Numbered from the stretch's first letter, positions 10,072-20,301 are shown. The stretch is DNA of 64,000 nt from Methanobacteriota archaeon (GCA_963719035.1 CAVRAO010000002.1:640001-704000), one strand, 5' to 3'. Numbers and translations are program-made. Notes: a model not told the origin generated them from the sequence alone.

Positions 10072-11943
10072 TTGAAGAAAGAATTCAAGGTTGTTTTTAA
10101 ACCTGATAACAAAACCGTCAAGGTTGAAAGCGGAACTACCGTACTTGATGCAGCCACGAGCTCTGACATCTATATCGACAGCATCTGCGGAGGGCGGGGC
10201 AAATGCGGTAAGTGCAAGGTCCTCATCGACGGAAACGTCCAGAGCGACGAAACTGACCTCCTAACTGCTGAAGAAAAAGCGCACGGCTATTTTTTAGCAT
10301 GTTTAGCGCGAGTCACTGGCAATTTAAAAGTGACCGTACCGAAAGAAAGCAGAGTGGAGTCACATCAAATACTGATGAAAAGCGTGATCGCGCCCTTGCC
10401 AGCGATTGCTCCGCCGGTGCTGAAGGTACCGCTTTCCCTCACTCCCCCGTCATTGGCCGATTACGTGAGCGACCTCGACAGAGTGACGCACGCGCTGCGC
10501 AATCACGATATGGGGCACGTCACGATCGGACTGCCGACCTTAAAGAAGTTAAGCAAGGTACTCCGAGACAACCAGTGGAACGTCAACGTGACGCTGATGG
10601 ATCTCTGGGACAGAAAAGAGATTATCGACATCGGCCCGCCCTCAGACAACGATCTAATCGGGATCGCGGTGGACATAGGCACTACGACGATCGTCGTCGA
10701 GTTAGTGGATTTGACCTCTGGCAAGGTGATTGACGCGCGATCCGACTATAACAAGCAAGTCGTTTACGGCGAGGATGTCCTTTCACGAGTGATGTACACA
10801 GAGGAGCACGAAGATGGCCTCCAGAAGCTAACGAGCACAATTAGATACGGTATCAACGACCTCATACGAGAGCTCGTCATCGAAAATAACATGCGATACG
10901 AAAAGATTTGCCGCGCAGTCCTTTCAGGTAATACCGTTATGATGCACCTTTTTTATGGGTTGGATCCCAAGTACATACGCCACGAGCCGTATATCCCAGT
11001 GATGTCCTTCGTTCCCCAGATGAAGGCAGTTAAGCTCGGGCTGAGCGTCAACCCAAACGCGTATATCTATGCGCTTCCGTGCCGAAGCAGCTACGTCGGT
11101 GGCGACGTCACAGCTGATGTCATTGCGTCAGGAATGAACGACAATAAGGACGTGTCACTGCTAATCGACGTCGGCACCAACGGCGAGGTCGTGCTAGGAA
11201 ATAATTCTTTCCTCGTGTCGTGCTCTTGTTCAGCGGGTCCGGCCTTTGAAGGCGGGGAAGTGGAGTTCGGCGTACGCGCGATGAACGGCGCAATTGAGCG
11301 CGTGTGGATCAACAACGGCCTAGTAGAGTACTCGACCATTGGCAACGCAAAGGCAAAGGGCATTTGTGGATCCGGCCTTATCGAACTCATCGCAGAGCTT
11401 TTCAGTAACGGCGTAATTGACCGAACGGGGAAAATTCAGCTGGACAATAACAGCGTCAGGACTGAGATCGGAAGCAACGGCAACCAGTTCGTTGTGGCTT
11501 TCAAAGAAGATACAGCCATCGATAAAAACATAGTGATGACCGATGTAGATATTCAGAATATATTACGAACGAAGGCCGCTGTCTACGCGAGCTGTAGCGT
11601 GCTGCTCAAAACGTTTAGCTACCAATTTAGTGACCTTAGCAACGTCTTCATCGCGGGGAGTTTCGGCAACTACCTCGACGTGAAGAAAGCAATAACGATT
11701 GGATTGCTGCCTGATCTTTCGCTTGATAAGTTTAAGTTTATCGGCAATGGGGCCCTTGGCGGGGCACGAATGGTTTTACTGTCACGAGATCTGCAAGACA
11801 AAGCGGCAGAAATTGTTGAAAATATGACACACATCGAGTTGAGCGTCAGCAGCATGTTCTTTAAAGAGTTTACCTCATCATTGTTCATTCCTCACACGGA
11901 ACTTGATCAGTTTCCCCACGTTTCCAAACGAGGTTATACTTAA
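10072..11943 (+). CDS. acsV: corrinoid reductive activator (AcsV/RACo; 2Fe-2S domain plus ASKHA ATPase)
   Basis: CGGRGKCGKC..LAC 2Fe-2S; DIGTTT, YGEDVLSR, DVGTNGE, AGPAFEG, GICGSG. Confidence 0.93.
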   Translation: MKKEFKVVFKPDNKTVKVESGTTVLDAATSSDIYIDSICGGRGKCGKCKVLIDGNVQSDETDLLTAEEKAHGYFLACLARVTGNLKVTVPKESRVESHQILMKSVIAPLPAIAPPVLKVPLSLTPPSLADYVSDLDRVTHALRNHDMGHVTIGLPTLKKLSKVLRDNQWNVNVTLMDLWDRKEIIDIGPPSDNDLIGIAVDIGTTTIVVELVDLTSGKVIDARSDYNKQVVYGEDVLSRVMYTEEHEDGLQKLTSTIRYGINDLIRELVIENNMRYEKICRAVLSGNTVMMHLFYGLDPKYIRHEPYIPVMSFVPQMKAVKLGLSVNPNAYIYALPCRSSYVGGDVTADVIASGMNDNKDVSLLIDVGTNGEVVLGNNSFLVSCSCSAGPAFEGGEVEFGVRAMNGAIERVWINNGLVEYSTIGNAKAKGICGSGLIELIAELFSNGVIDRTGKIQLDNNSVRTEIGSNGNQFVVAFKEDTAIDKNIVMTDVDIQNILRTKAAVYASCSVLLKTFSYQFSDLSNVFIAGSFGNYLDVKKAITIGLLPDLSLDKFKFIGNGALGGARMVLLSRDLQDKAAEIVENMTHIELSVSSMFFKEFTSSLFIPHTELDQFPHVSKRGYT

Positions 11944-12111
11944 AGGCTCAAGTGCAGTCAGGTTATTATTTACCCTGTTTCTAGCAGTAATCCTGTAGAC
12001 GGAAGACTTGTGAGAGTGCGTTTCTGCTTCTGAGCTGTAACGAGGGCGTGCAATTTTAAGTAGCATAGCAGAGTAATTTTAGGTAGTGGAGCGTACAGTA
12101 CGGAAAACAGC

Positions 12112-12858
12112 ATGCAAACCATTGCTATAACAGGTAAAGGCGGAACGGGCAAGACGACTTTTGCCTCTCTCCTTGTAAAACATCTTAGCGCCGATAACAA
12201 AGCCATTTTGGCAGTTGATGCAGATCCCAACTCAAACTTAGACATGCGACTGGGACTTCGCGTACAGCAGACGATTGGCGACTTGCGAGAGGATCTACTC
12301 AAAGAGTCGTTTCCTGCTGGAATTGCCAAAAATGAGCTTATCGAGTACCAAATACGACTAGCCCTCGTTGAAGGGGATACGTTCGACCTTATCGCCATGG
12401 GACGGCCCGAAGGACCCGGATGCTACTGCTATATCAACAACGTGTTGCGGGATGTCCTGGACAAACTCTCCGTCAATTACGACTACGTCGTCATTGACAA
12501 CGAAGCGGGTATGGAACACCTTTCTAGACGGACAACGAGAAACGTTGACGTATTGTTCATTATCAGCGACGTCACTGCGCTAGGTATCACCACCGCGAGT
12601 CGGATCAAAAGGCTTTCCGAGGATCTCAATCTCGTCGTAGGAAAAACTTTTTTGGTGCTGAATGAAGTGAAAAACAACGTGCCCGATAGCATCAGAAGTC
12701 AGATCCAGCAACAACAACTAGAGCTCATCGGGACCATTCCGACAGATGCCTTAATTGAAGAGTATGCGTTGGAAGGAAAGTCTTTTTTTGAGTTGCCGAA
12801 TAATTCGGCTGCGCTTAAAGCAGTTCGCGAAATCGCAGAGCGCTCTATAGCACCTTAA
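12112..12858 (+). CDS. cooC: CODH/ACS nickel-insertion ATPase CooC/AcsF
   Basis: GKGGTGKT, DADPNSNL, GPGCYC, DNEAGMEHLSR. Confidence 0.95.
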   Translation: MQTIAITGKGGTGKTTFASLLVKHLSADNKAILAVDADPNSNLDMRLGLRVQQTIGDLREDLLKESFPAGIAKNELIEYQIRLALVEGDTFDLIAMGRPEGPGCYCYINNVLRDVLDKLSVNYDYVVIDNEAGMEHLSRRTTRNVDVLFIISDVTALGITTASRIKRLSEDLNLVVGKTFLVLNEVKNNVPDSIRSQIQQQQLELIGTIPTDALIEEYALEGKSFFELPNNSAALKAVREIAERSIAP

Positions 12859-12867
12859 GTAAGTTCG

Positions 12868-14202
12868 CTATCCATTGGCCAGCTCCTTCAAATATTTCGG
12901 AAGAGCCGATGAGTCCTTTACACCAACGATTACTTCCCAGCCCGTGAGCTCCTCTAATTTCATTTTCAGCATCGCGATCATGCCGGGAATTATAAGCTTT
13001 CGGTGATCGACCTTATCTGCAATCTTGTACTCCGTTAGGGTCTGTGCGATTTTCTCTGGTGTAAACTTATCAGCGGCGAATGCCGTCATCACTGATAATC
13101 CTTCGGTATCTACCACGAGAAGGTGTGCAGGAACCTTGCTCGCCTCAATATCACTTGCCACGGTAAAATATGTTAAGGAAAAGTTAGACGTGACGATAAC
13201 CGGCGAGTTACGACTTGGTTTTCCTATTTCATAGAGGCCTGGGTTGACCTGTATGAGCGCTTGGGGATCTGTAAATATGTTGGTTCTTAATGTGGTCAGT
13301 GGGTATAGCCGCGCGGGATCGAGGTCACTGAAAAGTATTAACGAGGCATATTTCAGCGTTCCTATCGCCGCTCTAATCGCTTGAGTTTCAACATCCGCGC
13401 CGTTATCCAAGTTTATCATAACAGGGAAACCTAGCGGCCGGAAAAGCTTCTTGACGCTCAGTCGACGCAAGATGGTCAACCATTCCAGTGTCTGGCGTAA
13501 GGGCTTAGCACCGAGGTTTAAATCTAAAACGATATCCTCTAAGCCCTCGCTTTTTGCTACTTCCGACAGTGACACGAGCTCATCGATGTCATCTGCATAA
13601 AGCGCGAGTGGGCACGCGTACTGCTTTGCAAGCTTTGCCATTGATGCACAGTTGTTAGTACTGCCCGCGTAGATTAACGGTTTAGCCTTCGATACAACCT
13701 TGAGTCCCGCTTCAACGACTTCAGGATTATCGCTCATCAAAACTAGCGGTAATCCACTGTTGTCGTTCACGAGCGTCACCGCATCAGAGAAACGCTGCGC
13801 GCCCCCTTTCGCTTTGACCCCGATCAAGTCAACTCCTGAGACAATGCCAATGCGCTCGTATTTCATCGCGTCAAGCTTCTTGGCCCTTTCAACAACGCTG
13901 TGGTCGTCGAGGTCGTCTTCGATTATGAGCGCATATGCCGTCTGGTTGAAGAACGTCTTTTCGTGTCTGAAAAGCTCTGTTTCACCTCCGATCTCTAAAT
14001 CGCCGACTTTCACGGTGCGCATAGGCGGCGAAGCGGAGCTCTCTAGTTGTTGGACCACATCAGGTGCCACATATGGACACTTCGTGAGTTCTGCCTGTTT
14101 GTTAGCCAACATCATAGCAAACGCTAAGCATGTAGGTACCCCGCATTCGCCACAATTCTTTTTGGGCAACAGTTTGAATATATCAAGAGCTGTCATCGGC
14201 AT
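12868..14202 (-). CDS. acsC: corrinoid Fe-S protein large subunit (AcsC/CdhE)
   Basis: LPKKNCGECGVPTCLAFA..CPY, FRHEKTF, TSNFSLTYF. Confidence 0.97.
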   Translation of the reverse strand: MPMTALDIFKLLPKKNCGECGVPTCLAFAMMLANKQAELTKCPYVAPDVVQQLESSASPPMRTVKVGDLEIGGETELFRHEKTFFNQTAYALIIEDDLDDHSVVERAKKLDAMKYERIGIVSGVDLIGVKAKGGAQRFSDAVTLVNDNSGLPLVLMSDNPEVVEAGLKVVSKAKPLIYAGSTNNCASMAKLAKQYACPLALYADDIDELVSLSEVAKSEGLEDIVLDLNLGAKPLRQTLEWLTILRRLSVKKLFRPLGFPVMINLDNGADVETQAIRAAIGTLKYASLILFSDLDPARLYPLTTLRTNIFTDPQALIQVNPGLYEIGKPSRNSPVIVTSNFSLTYFTVASDIEASKVPAHLLVVDTEGLSVMTAFAADKFTPEKIAQTLTEYKIADKVDHRKLIIPGMIAMLKMKLEELTGWEVIVGVKDSSALPKYLKELANG

Positions 14203-14205
14203 GGT

Positions 14206-15153
14206 CTATCCCACCAATTCATCGACAACTCTTCTTATGATCGCTACAGACTTCGGGTGCCGGAGTATCAACGCGTTAGCACCTGCCATCAAAGCTGCAA
14301 GCGCAGTGCCGACTTCCCAAAAGACCGCCCTATCTCTCTCGTCACCGAGATTGGCATCTACGCGATATGCTTCCTTCGCGCTCCACGCAACACTAATATC
14401 AGCGATCATCGGAGATTGGAGCATTTTGTCTCCAACGAGGCCGGCGAGTTTAATTCGCTCCATCGCTGAATAAGCGTACTCCATCCCAAAGCCAACCCCT
14501 GCCATAAGCGGGTCACTGACGATATGGTCTGGCAGTACGCCAAACTCTGTGAGCATAATGTTGAGCTGCTTAGCGATATTCACGTCAATGTTAGAGAACG
14601 CGACGACCACGTGGTCGTTAGCAGTGGCAGCAACGGCTATGGACTTATAACCATCCTGTTCTGCACGCGCGAGCAAACACTGTTCTCCTTTCGCAGCTTC
14701 ACCGCAAAGCTCGAAAACGCGGGAGTCCTTCTCGTAATCGCCGCTTCCTTGAATGATCAGCGGAGCTTTCACCTGCTTAAGCACCGTTGATACGAGCGAT
14801 GCCGCATCCTCAGCGCTGATGTTTTCCTCTTCTGGATTCGTGCTCAGCAGCTTCAGGCAGACGAAGTCTGCGCCATATATCTTAACGCACGCGTCCGCCC
14901 ATGCGACGGGATCTCTTATGACATCGCCAACGTCATCGATAATGAGCTGAGGGTAGTCTTCACCAAGGTGATCGATCACCTCCATACCGATAGCAGGTCG
15001 CGAAACTGCGCCCTCGAACGCCAAAAACGGAAGGGTCGTCTCTCCGCCCAAAAGCAGTTTCCTGTCCCTTGTTCCCCCTTCGTCATCTGTTGCGCCAAAC
15101 GCGACCTCTTTTATCTTTCCGCTCCAACTCTCCTTCGGAATTGCCACCATCAC
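14206..15153 (-). CDS. acsD: corrinoid Fe-S protein small subunit (AcsD/CdhD)
   Basis: GGETTLPFLAFEG, DVNIAKQLN, YSAMERIKLAGL, RHP; short bacterial-type length (315 aa). Confidence 0.95.
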   Translation of the reverse strand: MMVAIPKESWSGKIKEVAFGATDDEGGTRDRKLLLGGETTLPFLAFEGAVSRPAIGMEVIDHLGEDYPQLIIDDVGDVIRDPVAWADACVKIYGADFVCLKLLSTNPEEENISAEDAASLVSTVLKQVKAPLIIQGSGDYEKDSRVFELCGEAAKGEQCLLARAEQDGYKSIAVAATANDHVVVAFSNIDVNIAKQLNIMLTEFGVLPDHIVSDPLMAGVGFGMEYAYSAMERIKLAGLVGDKMLQSPMIADISVAWSAKEAYRVDANLGDERDRAVFWEVGTALAALMAGANALILRHPKSVAIIRRVVDELVG

Positions 15154-15183
15154 AGTTACCCCAAAAGTTACGCACGACCACGT

Positions 15184-18100
15184 TCAGAACATACCCATTG
15201 GAGGCATATGCAGCGCAGGGTGGTCGACCTTTGCCAAGTACTCCGCTAATTCATCCGCATCCGTCGTAATAGTTTCGTCAGCAATCTTGTCTACTAAGTC
15301 CGGCAAGTCGAGTTCCTGTGCTCGCTTCTTAAGGTCTTCTCGCATCGCTTCTTTGAGCTCTTTCGGCATCCAAACGACGCGCGCTAACCCTCCGTCCGCA
15401 CGGATAAATTTCTTACTCGTGATGAACTGCCTGCCGACGCCGATGAACCCGGGGGTTTGGTTACCTCCGCCTACAGAGCCCGCAAGCGTTGAGAACTTCA
15501 TACCGATAGGGGTCATACCTGTATATTCACGATTGACCACTATCACGCCCTGTAGGTCGCTGCTGATCGCAACGATGCACTCAAAGCATCCGCACGACGT
15601 CTGCGGATCCTCCATCATCGTGTATTGATTCATCCGATCGATGTGGCCATGGGTGAGCTCTTGGACCGTTTTATTTACATTTGACCACTGGCCCTTTTGC
15701 TCGTCAATCACAGCGCCCTTCTCAACCGGCTGATTTGGTCCGTTTGGATCGATGCTGAATCCCGCAGCCGCATCGAGCCAGTTTAGTGCGCCGCACAGCC
15801 CCAAGCGTTCAGGAGAGATAATACAGACATGACTCGGGGCGAAGCTCTGACATAGTGTACACGCGTAAAACGTATCAACGCTCTCGTCTGTTAGCCCTTC
15901 AATACGCCGATCCCGCTCTGCATACGATTCCATAGCCTCAGGCAGGTGTTTTTCCACCTCCTTTTCGTCAGTGATGATGGTGACTTGTATCCGGCTGATG
16001 ATACCGCCGAGCTCCTCCTTCATCTTATTATAAAGGATGTCACCGAAGTGCTTGAATCGTAACCCATTGGCCACACTATTCTTGCTCAGACGAACCCAAA
16101 GCAAGTTTCTCTGACCCGTATGCCACGCGCCCTCTGCGTAATTGATGAACTGGTGGATGCGTCGTTCGACGACGGGCTCAAACTCCTTTTTCATATGCTT
16201 TCCGTACACTTCAACAAGCATCCCAAGCGGTGACACACTGCCCTCTTCCATCTCATCGACATCCTTCCCGATGAGCGTGATCTCGCCGTCCTTAACCGCG
16301 TCTGCATCGCGGATCTTCACGAGCTCAAACACCTTTGTCTTGGTTGGACCGCCGCACTCGACGTAGGTCTGGGGCTTGCGCACCGTTTCTCCCTCGAAGG
16401 CAAGCCCGTAAGCGACCGGTAACGAGACCTCGCCGACCGTGACCTGCATGTCCCGCATCTCGATTGCGTGCGCGACGATCTGATTGTAATCCGTCTCCAC
16501 CTCGTACTTGCCCGGCACTTCCTCCACATCTTGATCGGTGATCGTCGGTGAGCCATTGAACAGCACCGCGAACTCAATAGCTGCCTTAATGTCGTCGATA
16601 GGACCTAGTTGGACGACGACGACTTTCGGACGCTTTGCAAGGTACTCAAAGAGCCCTGTTCGATCTCCCGGCTTGACGTTCCCGAACGTCAGCGCCGCGC
16701 GGATCGCAAAGCTCAGCCCGTGAATCGCTTGCGTGAATTCGCCCACGCAAAACAGCAGCCGGTCAAGTCCCTTATGCTCGCCTATCTCGATGCCTGCCTC
16801 GGCAATCTGCTGGATGGTGTCAAATGTGGGAATTACGAGCATGCCCTTACTCTGGCAGTCCCTGATGATCTTTGCTAGTAGTTTAGGGTCCTTCGCCTTT
16901 CCTACCAACACTAAGACCCCAGGTATGGTATCATCAACGAATGAGATGCCTAACCTCCGGAGCACTTCGTCGGCAATGAACCCGGTGTATGGGGTATCCG
17001 CATACGGGTCAGGATTGTCGATGTACTTGAGGGCCTCAACGATTTCTGCAGCGACCATAGTCGCTTCTCCTGAGGCCACAGCGTTGTCAAACGTGTACTC
17101 CTCTCTAATCTTGCCCCTCACTTCTCCAAGAAGTCGCGGCAACTGCGCGAGTTTCGTCACTCTTTCGCCTGTCCACGCGGTGATGCATGGAAGATAGTAC
17201 CCGGTGCTTGGGTATCCAATCTCCTTATCACGCCCGTGTTGACGTATCGCCTTATTGAGGAGCTGATCTGCGTATCCAGTCGCGATAATGGCCCCGTCGA
17301 TCGCTTTCTTGTAGAGGGTTTCATTTTGTATTGCAGGTTTGCTTACGTCCGGTGTGGTACCCTTGTCGATCGCTTTCTTGTAGAGGGTTTCATTTTGTAT
17401 TGCAGGTTTGCTTACGTCCGGTGTAGTACCATTCCAATACGTGACCCCGCCGTCGAGTTCGCTGTGCGCGTTCATCTTCCATCTGCGGTATTGAATGGTG
17501 TTCACTAACGTTTTCGCCGCGATCGAAGGATTAGGTTCAAATATGAAGTGCCCGCCATACACGTCCTTTGCAGTCGCCTGGGCCACCTCATCAGCAAGAG
17601 GGCTTCCCTTAATGAACGGGTAAACCCCGACATGCGTGGGCCACCCCGTTGCAACGCACCACGTTCCAATCGCCACTGCTTTTTCGCTCATCGCTTCTGG
17701 AGCGCTCGCGACGATGGGAAGGTCCTGTATATCGACATCCATTACCTGAGCAAGTTCGCTCACGAAATTTTCGACGCGCGAATTGTCCACACATGACCCC
17801 ATATGAAGCACAAGCGGCAAGGACTCGCCAATGGTCTTTTCGCCGACATCTTTGAGGAACGCCTTAAGCGACTCACCCGCGTGCTCCTCGACTGCTTCTG
17901 GCGCCAACAAACCGTGCTTCGCAAGCGATTGCGCCGCACAACCGGTTACAAGCGTTAGTATGTTATTTCTGACGAGCTCTTTGGCGATCGTCAAATGGCA
18001 AAGGTCGTGTTCAGCCTTAGCGGGATTGTTGCACCCAGCGATAAGGGCGATGCCCTGAACCTCTCCGCTGCGAATCTTATCAGCGAGATACTGGAGCGGT

Positions 18101-19386
18101 TCATTTTCGTTAAAGGTGCTTAACAACGATTTTATGTACTCGAGGCTAAATCCTGCGACGACCTTGCTCGAAATGTTAGGGATAGAGATTTTTGTGGGAT
18201 CCCTGTTCTTGTACGCTTCAATAGCAACGTTCACGATCTCTTTAGCACCTTCACGCGCCGCTGCTTCGTTGAATTCGATGTGCGTATCGCCAGGGATACG
18301 GGTAATCGGCATTGTCGATATCAGCTTCGTGTGGAAACACTGTGTCCAGAACCCAACCGATGGCGCAATGCATTGATAATCAATGACCATCGCGTCGATG
18401 ACGCCTGTCATTATTGCTAACTCTTGGCTCGCGAAATTGGTGACGATCGGGATCCCTCTTCGCATGAGCAGTTCGTTGGCAGTGCAACAAATACCGACGA
18501 TATTAATTCCCTTAGCTCCTGCGGCAATTGCACTGTCTTTTAGCTCATCGGCAGCGTCGCAAATCACTTCGCCAAGAATAGGATTATGTCCATGTACGCA
18601 GAGGTTGATGTGGTCCTCTTTCAGCGCGCCGAGATTGGCCTGGGACACTACCATTTGCGGAACGCCGAACAAGACGTCTGAAAGGTTAGAGCTGATGTTC
18701 TCTCCAGTCACGTCACCGAGCGAGCATTTGATGCCCCCGAAAATCAACGGTACGGGATCTGCATCACATCCCATATGGGTCCTGTGCATGACTTCGGTGA
18801 TACCCTTGTCAATGTTGGTCGCAATGACGTCATTTCGCTCCAAGAGTTCTAGCCTCTTTGCGGGGAGCATAATTTTGAGCCAGGTACAGGCTTCGTCCTC
18901 ATTCCTTGAGAAGTCCTCCAAAGCTGAATTCGCTACAGCCACGGCAAGCTCATTTACGTTCTTATTTTTCTCCAAACCGAGCTTTGCAGCAAGGGACCGT
19001 AATTTCGCCTCATCTTTAACGCGATAGTCGGGTGCCTTGCCTTCGCCGACGCCTTTTAGGGCATGCGCAAGATGCCTTCCGTGATCAGAGTGAGCAGCAC
19101 AGCCGCCTGCCATCATTCGGATCAGGTTTCGCGCTACAATAGTGTAATCTTTAGCCCCACAGATGCCTCTTTGCGGCTCTTTGCCAAAAGGATTGATCCG
19201 ACAAGGTCCCTGCAAGCAGATCCGACAGCATAGGCCTGACTCGCCAAATCCGCACTGCGGCTGCATCGAGTCTGCCCTGTCCCACATCGTCTTCATGTTA
19301 TTCTGCTCGGCAAGCGGCATCATCGCGAGTGCCGCAGGATCCACGGTCATCGATTTTGGATTCGTTTTGTTACGTCTCTTGTCCAT
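15184..19386 (-). CDS. acsAB: fused Ni-CO dehydrogenase (CooS/AcsA) and acetyl-CoA synthase (AcsB), 1400 aa
   Basis: N half: CGFGESGLCCRICLQGPC, AHSDH, HGHNP, GICC, DYQC, GCNN, TGC, GSCVD, SEKA. C half: GAIIATGYADQLL (AcsB N-domain), CTLCQSF..HVC..LCG, SCGCFEC. Confidence 0.9.
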   Translation of the reverse strand: MDKRRNKTNPKSMTVDPAALAMMPLAEQNNMKTMWDRADSMQPQCGFGESGLCCRICLQGPCRINPFGKEPQRGICGAKDYTIVARNLIRMMAGGCAAHSDHGRHLAHALKGVGEGKAPDYRVKDEAKLRSLAAKLGLEKNKNVNELAVAVANSALEDFSRNEDEACTWLKIMLPAKRLELLERNDVIATNIDKGITEVMHRTHMGCDADPVPLIFGGIKCSLGDVTGENISSNLSDVLFGVPQMVVSQANLGALKEDHINLCVHGHNPILGEVICDAADELKDSAIAAGAKGINIVGICCTANELLMRRGIPIVTNFASQELAIMTGVIDAMVIDYQCIAPSVGFWTQCFHTKLISTMPITRIPGDTHIEFNEAAAREGAKEIVNVAIEAYKNRDPTKISIPNISSKVVAGFSLEYIKSLLSTFNENEPLQYLADKIRSGEVQGIALIAGCNNPAKAEHDLCHLTIAKELVRNNILTLVTGCAAQSLAKHGLLAPEAVEEHAGESLKAFLKDVGEKTIGESLPLVLHMGSCVDNSRVENFVSELAQVMDVDIQDLPIVASAPEAMSEKAVAIGTWCVATGWPTHVGVYPFIKGSPLADEVAQATAKDVYGGHFIFEPNPSIAAKTLVNTIQYRRWKMNAHSELDGGVTYWNGTTPDVSKPAIQNETLYKKAIDKGTTPDVSKPAIQNETLYKKAIDGAIIATGYADQLLNKAIRQHGRDKEIGYPSTGYYLPCITAWTGERVTKLAQLPRLLGEVRGKIREEYTFDNAVASGEATMVAAEIVEALKYIDNPDPYADTPYTGFIADEVLRRLGISFVDDTIPGVLVLVGKAKDPKLLAKIIRDCQSKGMLVIPTFDTIQQIAEAGIEIGEHKGLDRLLFCVGEFTQAIHGLSFAIRAALTFGNVKPGDRTGLFEYLAKRPKVVVVQLGPIDDIKAAIEFAVLFNGSPTITDQDVEEVPGKYEVETDYNQIVAHAIEMRDMQVTVGEVSLPVAYGLAFEGETVRKPQTYVECGGPTKTKVFELVKIRDADAVKDGEITLIGKDVDEMEEGSVSPLGMLVEVYGKHMKKEFEPVVERRIHQFINYAEGAWHTGQRNLLWVRLSKNSVANGLRFKHFGDILYNKMKEELGGIISRIQVTIITDEKEVEKHLPEAMESYAERDRRIEGLTDESVDTFYACTLCQSFAPSHVCIISPERLGLCGALNWLDAAAGFSIDPNGPNQPVEKGAVIDEQKGQWSNVNKTVQELTHGHIDRMNQYTMMEDPQTSCGCFECIVAISSDLQGVIVVNREYTGMTPIGMKFSTLAGSVGGGNQTPGFIGVGRQFITSKKFIRADGGLARVVWMPKELKEAMREDLKKRAQELDLPDLVDKIADETITTDADELAEYLAKVDHPALHMPPMGMF
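17296..17430. repeat. tandem duplication, 69-bp period (66-bp copies, 1 mismatch), at the CooS-AcsB linker
   Basis: Copies 17296-17361 and 17365-17430; encodes GTTPDVSKPAIQNETLYKKAID twice. Confidence 0.95.
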
Positions 19387-19798
19387 ATATCAGTGCACCA
19401 CACTTACACGCAAGCACGCACGATAGCTCCGCCGCACCACCGCAGAGGTCGCATTTTATCGCTTCGCTCTCACGCACCTGAATCGCCCCAAAAGGACAAA
19501 CGTCAACACATTCACCGCATCCTGTGCAACGTTCATCATCAATCGTCACTACTCCATCATCACTTTTTGTAATCGCTCTCGGTTCACAAACTTCAATACA
19601 CTTCGGTCGCTTACAGTGAAGACACCTCGTCAGGTGCAATTTACCGTCTTTAACTCCGATTTTTAGCCTCGAGAGAGGGCGAGGAGACTCGCTCATTGAA
19701 CTGTTGATGTCCCCTGACGTGCTATGTCTTAGCGCGCATGCAAGCTCGCATGACTTGCATGCCATACAATTCTTCGGAATATACCTAGCTATTAGCAT
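19370..19798 (-). CDS. cooF: CooF-like multi-4Fe-4S electron-transfer protein, copy 1
   Basis: CMACKSCELAC, CLHCKRPKCIEVC, CTGCGECVDVCP, KCDLC..CVLAC; overlaps acsAB start; start MLIARY (ATG 19798). Confidence 0.9.
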   Translation of the reverse strand: MLIARYIPKNCMACKSCELACALRHSTSGDINSSMSESPRPLSRLKIGVKDGKLHLTRCLHCKRPKCIEVCEPRAITKSDDGVVTIDDERCTGCGECVDVCPFGAIQVRESEAIKCDLCGGAAELSCVLACKCGALIYGQET

Positions 19799-19959
19799 AG
19801 CAGCCAAATCTAACGCAGATTGTGTCACGACCCTCGCCGCAGTTGTGTTTCCGTCGCTATATCTGTAAGCCTGCTTGGTTGAAAACGCGAACAAAACAAA
19901 TTTTCACTCAACAAGACTTCATAAAAACGCCTTGTAAAGTGAAAGAATAGGCGAAATAT

Positions 19960-20110
19960 TTGTCGCATTCTCAGATCCGTGAAATAACGCAATATTAAGC
20001 AGCAAGCAAAGATCAAATGTTTGTACTATTTTATATGGTGCGAGTCATATATATGTATGGTCTTGCCAAGACGACGGAAAGTTTTTATAGTGAACTTTGG
20101 CAAGTGGGTA
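19960..20110. promoter_or_regulatory. upstream/promoter block of cooF1-acsAB, homologous to about 22570-22725
   Basis: CGAGTCATATATATG(TA)TGGTCTT..GACGAC.GAAAGT.TTTATAG occurs at 20041 and 22650; GAAATAAC.C.ATATT is also shared. Confidence 0.7.
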
Positions 20111-20121
20111 AGATTTTTCAT

Positions 20122-20238
20122 GCCGAACTCGCTGCGGCCACTGCAAGCTCATTTACACTCTTTTCGTTTGCAAAACGAGCTTTTCAGCGCAGGCACGTGA
20201 CATTCTCATCGTCTTTTACTATATAGTCAGGATTTGCC
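20122..20238 (-). pseudogene. degenerate internal fragment of a second cooS
   Basis: Aligns by eye to 18923-19041; translates NPDYIVKDDE..*..KSVNELAVAAASSA versus APDYRVKDEA..KNVNELAVAVANSA. Confidence 0.8.
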
Positions 20239-20301
20239 AAAGACGCACTGCGGTTGTCTTGCCGACCGTCGACAAGCGTAAGTGAATTTCATTTTTCCCG
20301 C

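Noticed and set aside
9915-10169. 85-aa N-terminal extension of AcsE (similar extensions on atpK, cooF1, purA, guaAB)
   Set aside because: Artefacts of longest-ORF calling; homology starts at a downstream Met, and the extensions overlap promoters or neighbouring genes
13700-19027. Long antisense ORFs (e.g. 13700-14473, 18383-19027) and many similar ones across the window
   Set aside because: Shadows of well-supported opposite-strand genes, with Ser/Thr-rich non-protein-like composition
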